Below, in pieces: positions 41,405 through 53,824 of a DNA stretch of 64,000 bases. How positions within the stretch are numbered: position 1 is the first letter of the stretch; each line of letters begins with the position of its first letter. Source of the DNA: Octopus sinensis (Eukaryota); assembly GCF_006345805.1 (NCBI RefSeq), contig NC_043007.1, positions 28,892,001 through 28,956,000 of the forward strand, given 5' to 3'. The translations under genes were made by a program, and so were the position numbers. The notes under the pieces are model-generated. The model saw only the letters and a program-made list of their open reading frames with translations. It was not told the DNA's origin and did not search any database.

Positions 41405-42220
41405 AAGTGTCACTGGGCAATGGTGTTACTACCACCAGCAGTTATTTTGAACATCTCCGCCATGATTCCAGATAGACCAGGGGCTTTACTGGTTTTCATG
41501 TTTTTAATTGCCTTACCTACCATACTGCTGTCCGCTAGGTCAGCTGGTCCCTCTGTTGGATTCACATGAGAGAGAGACTCCCTTTGTCCCATTCATTTTC
41601 TACATTCAACAGTCACACATAGTAACTTTTCCATGCCTCTTTCTTCTCCACATCACTAAGTGCAAGCATACCATTATCCACCCACGCACACTTCTCTCCT
41701 ACTTCATCATCATCATCGTCTACAACATCTCAATTCTCACTGACACACTGTCTAGTAATCTGGAACACTTCAAATCTCTGAAGGACTTTGGCTGTAAGAC
41801 TTTTGCAAACCTCTTCTTTTCTGCTTCTACCCTAGTTAGACAAACCAAACATCTAATCCCATTTTTAGCTTTCTGTTATAATCCTTTGCTACCCACTCTT
41901 TTCCACTCTTCTCTTTTATGGCCCCGTCAATGTCACTGTTCCCCCACCACGTCGCCCTTGGTCTAGTAGAAACTTTGCTCTAACCACAGATTTGGTCTGT
42001 TGCCCTTAGCAGTTTATCCAGTAGGAACTTCAAGTTGTCCTCTACATCAAACGTTTCTATCTCTTCTTCCTTCTCATCAAAGGCCTCATTAAGAACATCT
42101 CTAAATCTTTGCCTGTTTGAAGGATCCTTGAGCTTCCAAAAACTCTATTTTCATTTTGGGTTGCATCTCTGGATCTTTCTGGCTTTAAGCCTGAAGTCAC
42201 TAACCAATGGCTTATGTTGA
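41405..42220 (-). mobile_element. RTE LINE internal fragment (upstream of RT)
   Basis: Minus strand reads KAIKNMKTSKAPGLSGIMAEMFK. Confidence 0.7.
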
Positions 42221-42249
42221 GTTATATATTCTTCACCTGGGAAAGATTT

Positions 42250-42845
42250 TGCAACCCGTGGCCTTCTACATGGGATGGAGCCAGCCTACGTATGCATACC
42301 TTCCCTTCTTGGGACACAAAACTCTACTTGTCAAGACCTGTTGAGGCAAGTGAGGATCAGAATCGAAATCGATCAATGGAAATTGCAGCTGAGTTACCAG
42401 TGCCGGTGACACGTAAGAGAACCATCCGTTCGTGACCGTTGCCAGTGCCGCCCCGACTGGCCTCGTGCCTGTGGCACGTAAAAGCACCATCCGCTCGTGT
42501 CCATTGCCAGCCTCACCTGGCCCCCGTGCTGGTGGCACGTAAAAGCACCATCCGTTCGTGTCCGTTGCCAGCCTCGCCTGGCCCCCGTGCCGGTGGCATG
42601 TAAAAGCACCATCCGTTCGTGGCCGTTTGCCAGCTCTGTCTGGCACCTGTGCGGGTGGCATGTAAAAAGCATCCACTACACTTACGGAGTGGTTGGCGTT
42701 AGGAAGGGCATCCAGCCGTAGAAACACTGCCAGATCTGACTGGGCCTGATGAAGCCTTCCTACTTCACAGACCCCAGTTGAACCGTCCAACCCATGCTAG
42801 CATGGAAAACGGACGCTAAATGATGATGATGATGATGATGATGAT
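42250..42845 (+). mobile_element. RTE LINE 3' UTR with ~61-65 bp tandem repeat
   Basis: Reverse complement of the 655-1085-type UTR; (GAT)n tail. Confidence 0.85.
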
Positions 42846-42865
42846 ATTAGATAAAGATAGTTATA

Positions 42866-43871
42866 GCTGGTCTATGGTGTTATCCTGGGTTTTACATCCA
42901 CAAAGCACTTAACTTTATGGCGTTTCTTGAGGCTAGTGGGTGATAACCTTTCTTCAAAGTGGAGGGAAAAAAAACTGCATAGCTGGTTGTTGACAAAAGA
43001 GAAGGGTCAAGTGCAAAGTATTGTCCCCCTTAAACCGCTATCTGCAATCACTGTGGTTGACTTGTGGGTTTCAAGACTTCAGTAGGAATCTCTTGAAGTG
43101 TAAGCAGGGTCTGAAGACTTCCATCCTGGAATTTAAGATGCCACTACCAATACAGTGCAAATGACAGCTCTAAGAGCAAAGCAGCACCAATAATACCAAC
43201 CGCAAGACTGCCACTGATGATGTCTCCTCTGCCAGCATTAATGACCCTAACATCAGCAACAACACCAGTGCCAGCCACAGCGGAAATAACATCATCAACA
43301 TCACCAGCAGCAGCAGTAAATGAAGATACAGCAGATGTTTCGGAAACACCTTCAAGCAGTGCCTCTCCAACTACAGATCCTTGTTCAGCATCCCAGAGAG
43401 ACAATACGCCATGTCCTAGGCCAGCCATGTGTGGTGCCCGAAGGACAAAGGACTCCACACATAATCTCATGGAAGATCCAAGAAAAACCAGGGGCCCCTA
43501 TGTCAACGGGAGCGAGTATTGCAAGCTGTGCATGACTAAATGCTTGAGAATATTAAAGAACTCCCTTGATCTGGGGAACATCTTAAATTCCAGAATGGAA
43601 GTCCTTGAACCCTACTTACATTTTAGGAGATTCCCACTGAAATCCTGGAACCCAGAAGCCAACCATGTAAATTATGGACAGCGGTCTAAGGGAGACAATC
43701 CTTTGAACTTAAGCCTACTCCTTTGTGTGTGTGTTCAACAACTAGCCATGAGGTCTTTTCTCTCTCCATTTTGAAGAGAGGTTATAGGCCACTGGCCATT
43801 AAGGTTTGAAGAAACACAATAAAGCTAAGCGCTTTATGGATTTGAAACCCAGGGTAATCCCATAGACTGAC
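42866..43871 (+). mobile_element. Old PLE (Hydra-like endonuclease) with ~280-bp inverted arms
   Basis: 42866-43140 is a diverged reverse complement of 43577-43871; peptide TFKQCLSNYRSLF..ASHVW.PKDKG..ISWKI..PYVNGSEYCKLC..ILNSRMEVLEPYLH. Confidence 0.7.
43802..43860 (+). ncRNA. Degenerate hammerhead ribozyme
   Basis: ggu-UUGAAGA-[auaaagc(uaagc)gcuuuau stem II]-GAAA-CCCAGG-GUA-aucc; C3 changed to U. Confidence 0.5.
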
Positions 43872-43879
43872 CGTATGTT

Positions 43880-44756
43880 AGGTCTTGATAGCATTTTGTA
43901 ACTGCTTCAGCAAGTTCACATGGTACTCTCCATTGATGGTGTGATTCTTTTGAAGACAGTCAATGAACACAAAGCCTTTCGCATCCAAAATAACTGATGT
44001 CATCAGCCTCCCAGCAGATGAAACGACCTCAGCCTTCGTTAGAGCAGGTGAGGAGGCATGTTTTCATTGCATGGATTGTCTCTTTGTCTCTGATTCAAAG
44101 TGATGGAGCTAACACTCATCCTGGCTTAGGAAACATTCAAAGAAACCAGCTAGATCTGCTTCAAACAGTGTCAGGTTTTTCTGTTGTGTGATCAATCTTG
44201 GTCAGAAGATGTGGCACCCACCAAAGAGAAACTCTTGTCATGTCAACTTCATTGTGCAATGTTATTCTCAACTCTCACAGGATATGCTAATAGCATTGGC
44301 TATTTGATTTATAATCAAATTGACTGCCACCCATCACCATATGGTGAACATACTCAATGTTTTCTTTGGTGGTGGCTGTTGCAGGACCTCCACACCATGG
44401 GTCATCTTCAAGACTCTCCCTTCCTCTCCTAAATTCAGCTGCCCACTTTTGCACTGTTGATAAAGCTGGAGCAACATCATCTAATGTAGCAGCCATGTCA
44501 GCATGAATGTCCTTAGGGGCTAAACCCTTTTTCTGCAGGTACTTGATAAAATCATGATGCCAAATTTTGTTCATTTTCAAGACAAGTCAATACTAGTTAG
44601 TTTTGAAGTGTTCTCTGAACAGTCAGATGTCAGTTTACCTGGGAAGAAACAATGCAGTTATTAATAAGAAGAGTTGAAATTAATGCAGTCAAAATTTCAC
44701 AGCTCCAGCATCACTCCTTCATAGTCAGCCTATGAACTTTGCAGTCTACTCTCATA
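43880..44756 (-). mobile_element. mariner 5' remnant
   Basis: ORF 44287-44580 IKYLQKKG..DIHADM..STVQKWAAEFRRGRESLEDDP..G.P. Confidence 0.85.
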
Positions 44757-44799
44757 TGTATTTTGTGAAAGTTTCCATCCAGGATATACATACATATAT

Positions 44800-45572
44800 G
44801 TGGTGTGCAGGAGAGACAAGTGCACTGGTATGGTCATGTGCTACATATGGACGAGGAGAGCTGTGTGAAGAAGTGTCACACCCTAACAATGGAAGGAAGA
44901 CATGGAGGAGGGAGTCCCAAAACGACATGGGATGAGGTGGTGAAGCACGACCATCAAACATTGGACCTCACAGAGGCAATCACAAGAGACTGAGACCTTT
45001 GGAGATATGCTGTGATTGAGAAGACCCGGCAAGTAAAGTGAGACCACAGCTGTGGCTGATACCAGTGTTGCATAATCAGCCCATTTAAAAGTACCCTTGA
45101 ATCATCGGGCGACATTCTGTGCTTGCGAAGACCTATTGAGTCAAGTAAAATCAATAAATCAAAATGGAAAATGTAGTTGTGGCCAATGCCAGTGCCACCT
45201 GACAGGAACCTGTGCTGGTGGCATGTTATAAGCACCATTCAAGCATGGATCAATGCCAGTAAGATATAAAAACACCATCCGAACATGGCTGCTGCAAGTC
45301 CCCACCCCAACTGGCTCCTGTGCTGGTGGCACATAAAAAGCACCATCCAAATTGTGGTCAATGCCGGTGCCACCTGACTGGCTCCCATGACAGAGGCATG
45401 TAAAAAGCATCCATCACACTCTCGGAGTGGTTGGCATTAGGAAGGGTATCCAGCTGTAGAAACTTTGCGAGCTCAGACTGGAGTTGGTGCAACCTACTGG
45501 CTTGCCAATCCTCAGTCAAACCTTCCAACTCATGCCAAATGGAAAATGGACACTAAATGATGATGATGATGA
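44800..45572 (+). mobile_element. RTE LINE 3' end
   Basis: QERQVHWYGHV..WDEVVKHD plus 3' UTR and (GAT)n. Confidence 0.85.
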
Positions 45573-45706
45573 TATATATATAAATGCAAATAATTAGAAA
45601 ATGGAGAAAACCAGAGATTAACCAACACATCAGTTGGACCACATTTATAGCTTATTTTTTAATACAAAGCATGGCATAACAAAATAGGTGACATAACACA
45701 TTTACA

Positions 45707-45762
<56 letters not shown>

Positions 45763-45766
<4 letters not shown>

Positions 45767-46988
45767 GGATGTTCGTTAAAGATTTCTCCTGGCCCACTTC
45801 CCAAGAACTGGGAGAAATGAAACTTGGCATAATTATTAGTCCTTCGCTACATGGCCACCCCCAATGGTGACACACTTTCCCCATTGCTTTATGCAGCTGT
45901 GAAGACCTCTAGAAGTTAGTAGGTTGTGTCTAGAGCCAAGACATTACCTCAGAAATAAGTCCATCATCATCTGAAAAGTGCTTCCCCTTCAAAAAAGATT
46001 TCATGGTTGAAAAGAAGTCAAAGTCAGATGGTGTGAGGTCAGGAAAATAAGGGGAATTAGGAAGGATTTCGTAGCTGCAAATGTGTGCTTTCATCTGGGC
46101 AACATGCACATTGTGAACTGAAGCGTTATCTTGGAGAATGTGGATTCCTTTGGTCAGCATGCCACACCACTCTGCTTTGATCGTGTCCCACAATTTCTGC
46201 AGCAGAGAAGCATAATATGTCCCATTATTTGTGGTGCCCTTTGCCAGAAAATCCATCATCACTACTCCGTTTTGGTCCCAGAAGACTGTGAGCATCACCT
46301 TGCCTGTTGAAGGTTGAACATGAGCCTTTTTTGGAGGTGGTGAGTTATCATACTTCCATTGTTTTGACTGGATCTCACGTTCATAGTAATGGACCCATGC
46401 TTCATCCTGTGTGATAAGTCTGCCAAAAACGGCCCTCCAGTTTTCTTGGCACATAGCCAAAAGAGCCTGGAAGCAACTGACTCATTTCTGCATCTGAAAA
46501 GGTGAGAGCATTCAGAGAATCATTGTGCAGACAACTTCCGCATGTGCAAATGGTCGTGAATGATTTTTCTCTACGGACCCTACACATATCTTCACTTCTT
46601 GGACTAGTTGCTAAATAGTCATTGATGATCCTCCAAAATGGTGGCCCCCTCTTTAAGGATGGTGTCATCATCAATGGCTGAATGTGGTTGTCCAGCAACA
46701 GGATCAGTTTCCACCAATGTCCGACCACATTTGAACTGGTGATGCCAGTGCTTGACTATGTCGTATGACGGTGCACCATCACCATAAACTTCTTTCATCT
46801 CATCGAAAGTCTCATTTGGTGTATGACCTTTCAAGTATAAGAACCTGATCCCTGATCTGCATTCAACTGCCTCCATTATAACACCTCAGTCCACTTCAGC
46901 AGCCATAAAAGACAAGCGAATACCCGTGGAAAGCTGCAATTACATAACCGGAAGTGCGTCAGGTGAAATCTTTAATGGGCACTCCTTG
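45763..46988 (-). mobile_element. Near full-length mariner (frameshifted transposase pseudogene)
   Basis: ~38-bp imperfect TIRs (45763-45801, 46950-46988) flanked by TA; ORFs 46619-46876 (HTH) and 45930-46460 (ITQDEAW, QDNASVH, SPYFPDLTPSDF). Confidence 0.92.
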
Positions 46989-47782
46989 TATTTCATCCAT
47001 TTAACTCAATAAAACCAGGCATTTAGAATCTTCTTCAATCTCTGAGGATATTTATAGGTCCCCACTGCTTAGAACTGAAAACTTTATTTATGCAACAACA
47101 AACATTTCAGTTACTTTAGTAATTAATCTCATAATGAAGTGTTATTAGCAAATTAAGGACCTCATTAAGGAACTTAGTTAAGAAATTACCAAATAAAGAA
47201 AACATTTCTATTATTCATAAGGAACTTAATAACTATCACTGTTTAATATCCTGTCACTGTGGCCTTGACACTATAACTGTGAATAGCTCAGTCCACTTAG
47301 ATGTAGACAGGTGTCATGGAAAGGCACAGTTCGCAGCAGTGAATGAATAATATAATTCCTTTGTTTTTCTGGTTTCAACCACTGAATTAAGGCCATACTG
47401 GAGCACAATCATCATTAAAAAGGTTCACAAAATGAGCACATCATCATTGCACAAGTGGAGCATAGCAACTGTGCTTGAATAGTCACTACCATGCAAGTCG
47501 TTAGGTATATAATTACATTCTATAGAGTTGATAAGATGCTAGACAATGAGCTAAAGGTTCAGTGGTTTATTTTCTAGCACTGACACTGGTAATGGTAAAG
47601 ATCATGAGATTGCACCTAGAAAGTTCCCCTCCAAGGCACAAGACTAGCAGTCACAAAAGCATACCAGCCCCCCCCCCTCCGTGCCACTGATGTTATCCAA
47701 GGGAAAGGCAAAGGGGCTGATTGATACAGCTTGGTGCCAGTGATGTTGCAACTCATTTCTATAGCTGAGTGAACTGGAGTAA

Positions 47783-48153
47783 TCTCTCTATATAAACGGC
47801 AGTTTGTCTGTGCGTTTTCTGTGTGTCTGTTTTCTCGTACCCTCACTCTGACCACGGCTTTCAACCGATTCTGATGAAACTTGACACACACATAGCCCAA
47901 TGTCATAATTCAAAACTAACGCAGCGAAAATTTTGAAAAGTTCCCCCAGTTCTGAAAAAAATCGATAAATTCGACATGGGGTCGAGAATCAGAAACCCAA
48001 ACCACAGACCGTCTAGGGGACGCAACTCCACCTTTTTTAACTCTGAAAAAAAATTTACCATCATTTTTTTTCTATTTTTTGGCTATAACTCTCTAAAAAT
48101 GCTTTATAGTTATTTCCCTTACAAACCTGAGCAACGCCGGGCGATACTGCTAG
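47783..48153 (+). mobile_element. Non-autonomous Helitron nested in a SINE
   Basis: Starts TC after A, ends CTAG before T; subterminal hairpin cctgagcaacgccggg at 48126-48141; no TSD. Confidence 0.88.
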
Positions 48154-51100
48154 TGTGCAATAAAGTGTCTTGCTCAAGAACAAGAACACAACACACAGCT
48201 CAGTCCACTCGGCTGTTAGATATCCCAACATGTGTTCCGTTAGGTTTCAGTGCAGATTTCTACTCCTGGCCTGAATTGGAGCAAGAGTTCATTGAAACCA
48301 CTCACCCATTGATGGATACCCCAAGCCAAGTAACCAACTTGACTTTTAGACAACAAATGAATCAACTAAGAAAAAAAAAGCAATGACGAGTATCATCTCC
48401 TCCACTTGAGTCCTAACACGACTCTCAAGTCCAGCAATATCTCTGTGAAACAATCCATTATAAGACATTAAATTCTGTATTCATAAAACAAGAAAGCATT
48501 CAAGTGCTTGTCTCTTGTTTCATTCTCACTAAACACCTTTCTGCCTTGACCCTGATTTGGCAGCCCTGGTTAGAACTTTATAGAAATAACAGATAATTCT
48601 TCCCCTTTTAAAAGTGCACCCCATTTGGAACTTCCTTTCTGCTTGTATGAATGGACACCAATTATAATCATCACTGACTCCACTCAAATACCAACTGAAA
48701 TACAAGTATGGTATTAAACAGGTACCACCCTTCCATCCCACTCTCTCGCCCCACCCCCCTCACTATCTTCTTCCTTCTCTCCCTCTTACTTTTTTCTCTG
48801 TCAACCTTTTTCTCTCTCCCTCTCTCTTTCTCTCTCCCTCTATCTCTCTCTCTCTTTAAACAAAATTTATTTGATGTTACTGGTGTTCAGCCCTAGGTCA
48901 GCCCTGATCCAGGAGACCATATTACTTAATGTGTCCTTTCTTTCTTGAGAAAGTGAGGTATGATTTGAGAGAAATTTGACTGCTATTCCAAGCATTTTCA
49001 GTGATCATCGAGAGGCACCCTTATTTCTCGTTTTATTTACACACATGCACACATATGTGTACAGATAGCAGACTTGTGTCTTTCCCTTAGTTGTATCTCA
49101 TGAAGATATTAATGAACATAAAAACAATTACACCCCTCCCTACCACCACCACCACATACACTTCTCACTCACACATATACATATTCATAAGGAACAGTTT
49201 GCTGTAGCCCACCTCTATCTCTCTTTGAATTTCATTTAAAATGTTCATTGGTGTTAATTTATTTAAAGTACAATATTACTTTTAACTTTGGTATGACAGC
49301 TGAAATTTTGAAGGGAAGAGTTTGACTCATTGATCTTAGCCCCCAATGTATAATTGTTAAGTGTCCTAACAACTCTGAAAAGATAAGTGAAAAAGTGAAC
49401 TTGTACAATTTCAACTGTAATAACTGTAAGAAAATATGAGGAGTCTACAATTTTTGACACTCTACTAGCTGACAATGGTTAAAATATAACAAATAATATT
49501 TGACTACTAAATTATTAAGAATTTGCCATGACAATTCGTACAGTAAATCTCAGCCAAAACAGATTTTTACCTTTATTTTAGAGCTTGTCTACTCATATTT
49601 CAATACATGGATTTTGTATCTGTTTTGAAAGTTGAGAGAGAGAGAGAAACTGTAAAGCAAGTTATAAGCGCAGACACTTTCATAAGACGATGGCGGGGGC
49701 TAAAAGTAAGAACATTACTAAGTCAATCTTCTGTCATGCTTGTCTGCATTGAAGGCGAATTCTAGTGTTTGTACAACAGGTTTAAAAGAAATTGCAAACA
49801 TGTCAAAGTATCATTTCCAACCATCCAGTTATTGCTTTAAATATACCACAATCAATTTAACAGTTTTATGACCTCCATTCAAAGGCGTGAACTGTCACAT
49901 AAAAATGCATAGAAACTCCAGGCTGATGCCTAGAGTTTGTTATTCTCTTAAATTCTCTACTATTAGAGTTCCTATTTTAAAATCTGTTCATCAAAATCCT
50001 AAAGAATAATGGTCCTAATGGGTATGTCAGTAAAGCCTAATTGAAACGGCACATCTCAGAATGGAACCTAGATTAAAGGAGCAGCTGATATTTAACTTAG
50101 TTGCTCTTAACTTTGTGTGATAAGGAGGAAAAAAAAAAACATAATTAAGTGAACCAACAACCAGACTCCATCGCCACCACCACCACTGTATTGTTTTGCT
50201 TGTTTTCCCAGGAAAACTGAAAGGTTTTGCTTCCAAACTCTCTCTCATTTTTGCTTTGTTCTCTTATTTTGTCTTCTTTTAAACTTGAGAATACAAATCT
50301 TCTGCTCATTTTGTTCCAGCTTCTTTCTTTCTGAAAGATGTTTTATGAATATAATATTTTGTAACTTCCTGGAGAAAAATGGCAAGTTTAAGGACATAAA
50401 ACTGCTATGTACTTGTGCCATGGCCAAGTAAAAATGGTAAAACAATATACTGCTTTGTTGATGAGGTTAGAATGGGAGAAGCACAAGACAAAAACCCCAC
50501 AAAAATCTTTCCTAAATGAATTTCCTGTTTAAAATAGCAACAAATGTTTATGATTTCAATAGATTGGCAAATAAATTCCATAACTGAATTAAATTCATTG
50601 AATCATGAAGTAAACCTATCACCTACTTCTAGTTGCCAGACTCAATTTGATGGCTTTATAAATTTAGCTAATTTTCATATGATTTGTATACTTGTATAAA
50701 GGTACAGTATGGAGGTATGATTGTAAAAAGGTACCACAATGTGAGAGCATCAAGATATAGTACAGGGGTATGGGTGTATAAATACAGAAGATTTAAGTGT
50801 GAATATATAAGAGTAGGAAATGGGGTTACTTAAGCAGCTGTGAAATTAAAAACAGCAGTAATTGAGGGTTCACCAAATAATATAAACCAAGATATATATT
50901 TTAGCAAAATATGGTCAAATATGACAGTAAAGTCACAGAACCAGCAGCGAAACACTTGAGATGTTAAGGTGAGCTGACAGAATCATTAGCATATTGGACA
51001 AAATGTTTAACAGCTCTTTATGTTCTGAGTTCAAATTCTGTTGAGGTTAATGTTATTAGCCTATAAAGGATGAAAAGTAAAGTATCAGGGAAGCATTGGA

Positions 51101-51164
51101 ATTGATTTGAACCATAAAATTCCTGGTCTTGTGCAAAAATTTGAAAGAATTCTAAGCCAAATAC

Positions 51165-51630
51165 ACTACCTGCCAGTGGCACATAAAAGGGCACCATTCG
51201 AGTGTGATCATTACCAGTGTCGCCTTACTGGCACTTGTGCCCGTGCTAGTAGGGTGCCAAGAGCACCATCCGAGCATGATCGTTGCCAGAGCAGCCAACT
51301 GGTTTCCGTGCCAGTGGCACATAAAAGGGCACCATTCGAGCATGATTGTTACCAACATCATCTTACTGGCACCTGTGCCGTTGGTATGTGTAAAAAGATT
51401 CGAGCAAGGTCATTGCCAGTACCGCCTGACTGGCCCCATGCCAGTGACATGTAAAAAGCACACACTACACTCTTGGAGTGGTTGGCGTTAGGAAGGGCAT
51501 CCAGCTGTAGAAACTCTGCCAGATCAAGATTGGAGCCTGGTGCAGCCATCTGGTTCGCCAGCCCTCAGTCAAAATTCTCCAACCCATGCTAGCATGGAAA
51601 GCAGACGTTAAAGAATGATGATGATGATGA
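51165..51630 (+). mobile_element. RTE LINE 3' UTR
   Basis: Family terminal sequence and (GAT)n tail. Confidence 0.8.
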
Positions 51631-53235
51631 GATAGCAATCAGATCAGCATTTGTAAATAACAGGGAAAAATGGAAAAAGATTCAGAGGGATTTATTTTTT
51701 TTGATTTAGAAATAAACATAAATGATCTGGAATAAGTTTCATTTGAGAAACTATCAACTTGAGAAGATGTTGGATATTCTTTCGAAGCAAAGCTTCATCA
51801 GTAAGCTATGGCATGATTGAGATTTACAATTGATTAGTGATAAACTGGCTACAAGTCTTGAACTCTAGACCCCACTCAAGAGAGTAGCAATCCAACATGT
51901 TAATCCACCTAGATAATATTATCATGATGTTCTAGATTAACTTAACAAAATCAATTAAGCATTATAACAACAGACAAATTTCTGTATGACTGACTTTATA
52001 TCGGTCAATCATTTAATCAGTTTAACTGCCACCACCACCATCAATATCATTGTGCTTGTAGACAAACCAGCAAAGGGTTTATCAGCCCGGTTGTTTCTTT
52101 TGCTAGATATAACAGTAAAATCTCTCTCAAATTACACACAAATATCTTTAAAATGACTGACACTGTGGATAATGAAGTTTGAGATGACCATGGCTGAAAC
52201 GCTTTTGATCACAATTCAGTTGAGTCAGGAATAAGTTGGAGCTAAACAACAACAGCACCATTAACAAAATCATTTCTCTGGAACTGTCCCCATTCTGATT
52301 TTCATAAACAGAACCAATTACATGATGTCCCCATGAATATAAAGATTGCCTAACCCTGGAGAGAGAGAAGATACGATAAAGGGAGGGGAAGTCTGTAATA
52401 CAATATAATATTTAGGTGTCAGAGGTAAGCTGTGAGATATATTAGAGTTGAACGACTAGTTAACTAATATCCTTTATTCTCAACATATTTCGAAGGCTGC
52501 ATATTCCTAATTCCGAAGATAAGAGAAAGCAAAACAGCACGGGGCTAAGCAAATTAGTCTGGCGTCTGAAGAACAATAACACTACGTTCAAGCTCGAATG
52601 GTCCATTTTGTCGGTGTCCTTCCCGTTTGATAAAGGCAGAAAATTTTGTGGCATCTGTAATTCCGAACTTTTTCATATTTTGTTCGCCAAAGGCCCTTTA
52701 ATAAACACAATCGTCGAAAGATCCTACAGGTGCTTACACTGGAAAAGACACACCTTTCATTCATATAAATAGTGACTAATATAGATAACCCCTCGATTTC
52801 CAAAAAAAAAAAAATTTGTGCTATATTTCACCCCAATACTCAAAAAAGATTTTCTTATATTCCCAATTACTACTATCCATTCTTGCGTTGCCTCTCACCT
52901 CGCCCGATTCTTTCTCCCTTTCGCTATCTACTTTCCTTTCCCTACAGTAAACATAATCGAACACACAGATACAGACCTTTCAACTCACAGCTGTCAGTTT
53001 TCTGACATCTACCCATCCACAAACACAATCACGCATTCAGACACACACATACACACATCAAGACAGTTATATACAGTCACACACACAGGCACTCATTCAC
53101 AAAAGAAATCATTTAAACCCACCATTCTTTTGACCTGCACTCTCTCACCTTACTATTCTTATGCCTCCCTCCTCCTACTTCGTTTGAACTCTTGAACCTT
53201 TAGAAACTTCTAGATTCTTCTACATTCAGCCACTC

Positions 53236-53290
53236 TGACGTCACTCATTATAAATAGACACTCATTATCGCCTTGAGAGCGGTCAGCTAA
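53236..53290 (+). promoter_or_regulatory. Candidate PLE internal promoter
   Basis: TGACGTCA at 53236-53243, TATAAATA at 53249-53256, Inr-like TCAGCT at 53283. Confidence 0.45.
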
Positions 53291-53323
53291 AAGTTTTTTG
53301 TGCATTTTGATGTCGACATAAGT

Positions 53324-53420
53324 TCCTTGATTTTCCTGACGAGAAATCTGCATAATGTTCTCCTTATTCCTTCGGAATTAGGAATATGCAGCCTTCGAAA
53401 CATATGTCGAGAATAAAGGA
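53324..53420 (+). ncRNA. Type I hammerhead ribozyme, intact core
   Basis: Stem I uccuugauuuuc/gagaauaaagga; CUGACGA 53336-53342; long stem II (cugcaua/uaugcag); GAAA 53397-53400; palindromic ACAUAUGU; GUC site ending 53408. Confidence 0.88.
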
Positions 53421-53643
53421 TATTAGTTAACTAGTCGTTCAACTCCATTCTTTCATATACTTATAATTTTAAAATAAACACAAATTTCCGCATGAAGACA
53501 CGTAGTCTATGACCTAGGGACGTAGCTTCAACCGTGTTCTTTCTGATGTGAATTTGCTACCCAGGTATCGGTTATCTTTCGAATTATCCTTAATAAGATA
53601 ATTCATTCAATTATTCAAATATATATATATGTATATATCTATG

Positions 53644-53698
<55 letters not shown>

Positions 53699-53824
53699 GT
53701 ATGATCCGGTTCTTGACTGAAGATTAGAGGCTTCGAATGACCCGTCGGTTTTTTGTGTCGTCGCTTTGAGTGTTTTGCGTTCTTGTCCCATTTTGTATTC
53801 TTATATATATATATATATATATAT

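Larger units (their letters stand above)
52445..53620 (+). mobile_element. 5'-truncated PLE (Hydra-like endonuclease C-terminus, terminal region, 5' inverted segment)
   Basis: Open frame 52518-52772 NSTGLSKLVWRLK..EWSIL..FCGICNSE..LINT..RCLH..*; 52445-52518 is the reverse complement of 53370-53445; ends in (TA)n. Confidence 0.8.

Noticed and set aside
42401-42675. CRISPR-like repeat/spacer appearance (aaaagcaccatccg recurring)
   Set aside because: The intervening sequences are homologous to each other, lie in a LINE 3' UTR, and there are no cas genes in this eukaryotic context
43217-43774. 185-aa Ser/Thr-rich ORF as a host mucin-like gene
   Set aside because: Its C-terminal half is PLE endonuclease sequence and it lies inside the inverted-arm element
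53701-53750. Possible hammerhead (ctgaaga..cgaat)
   Set aside because: GAAA box broken and no convincing stems I or III
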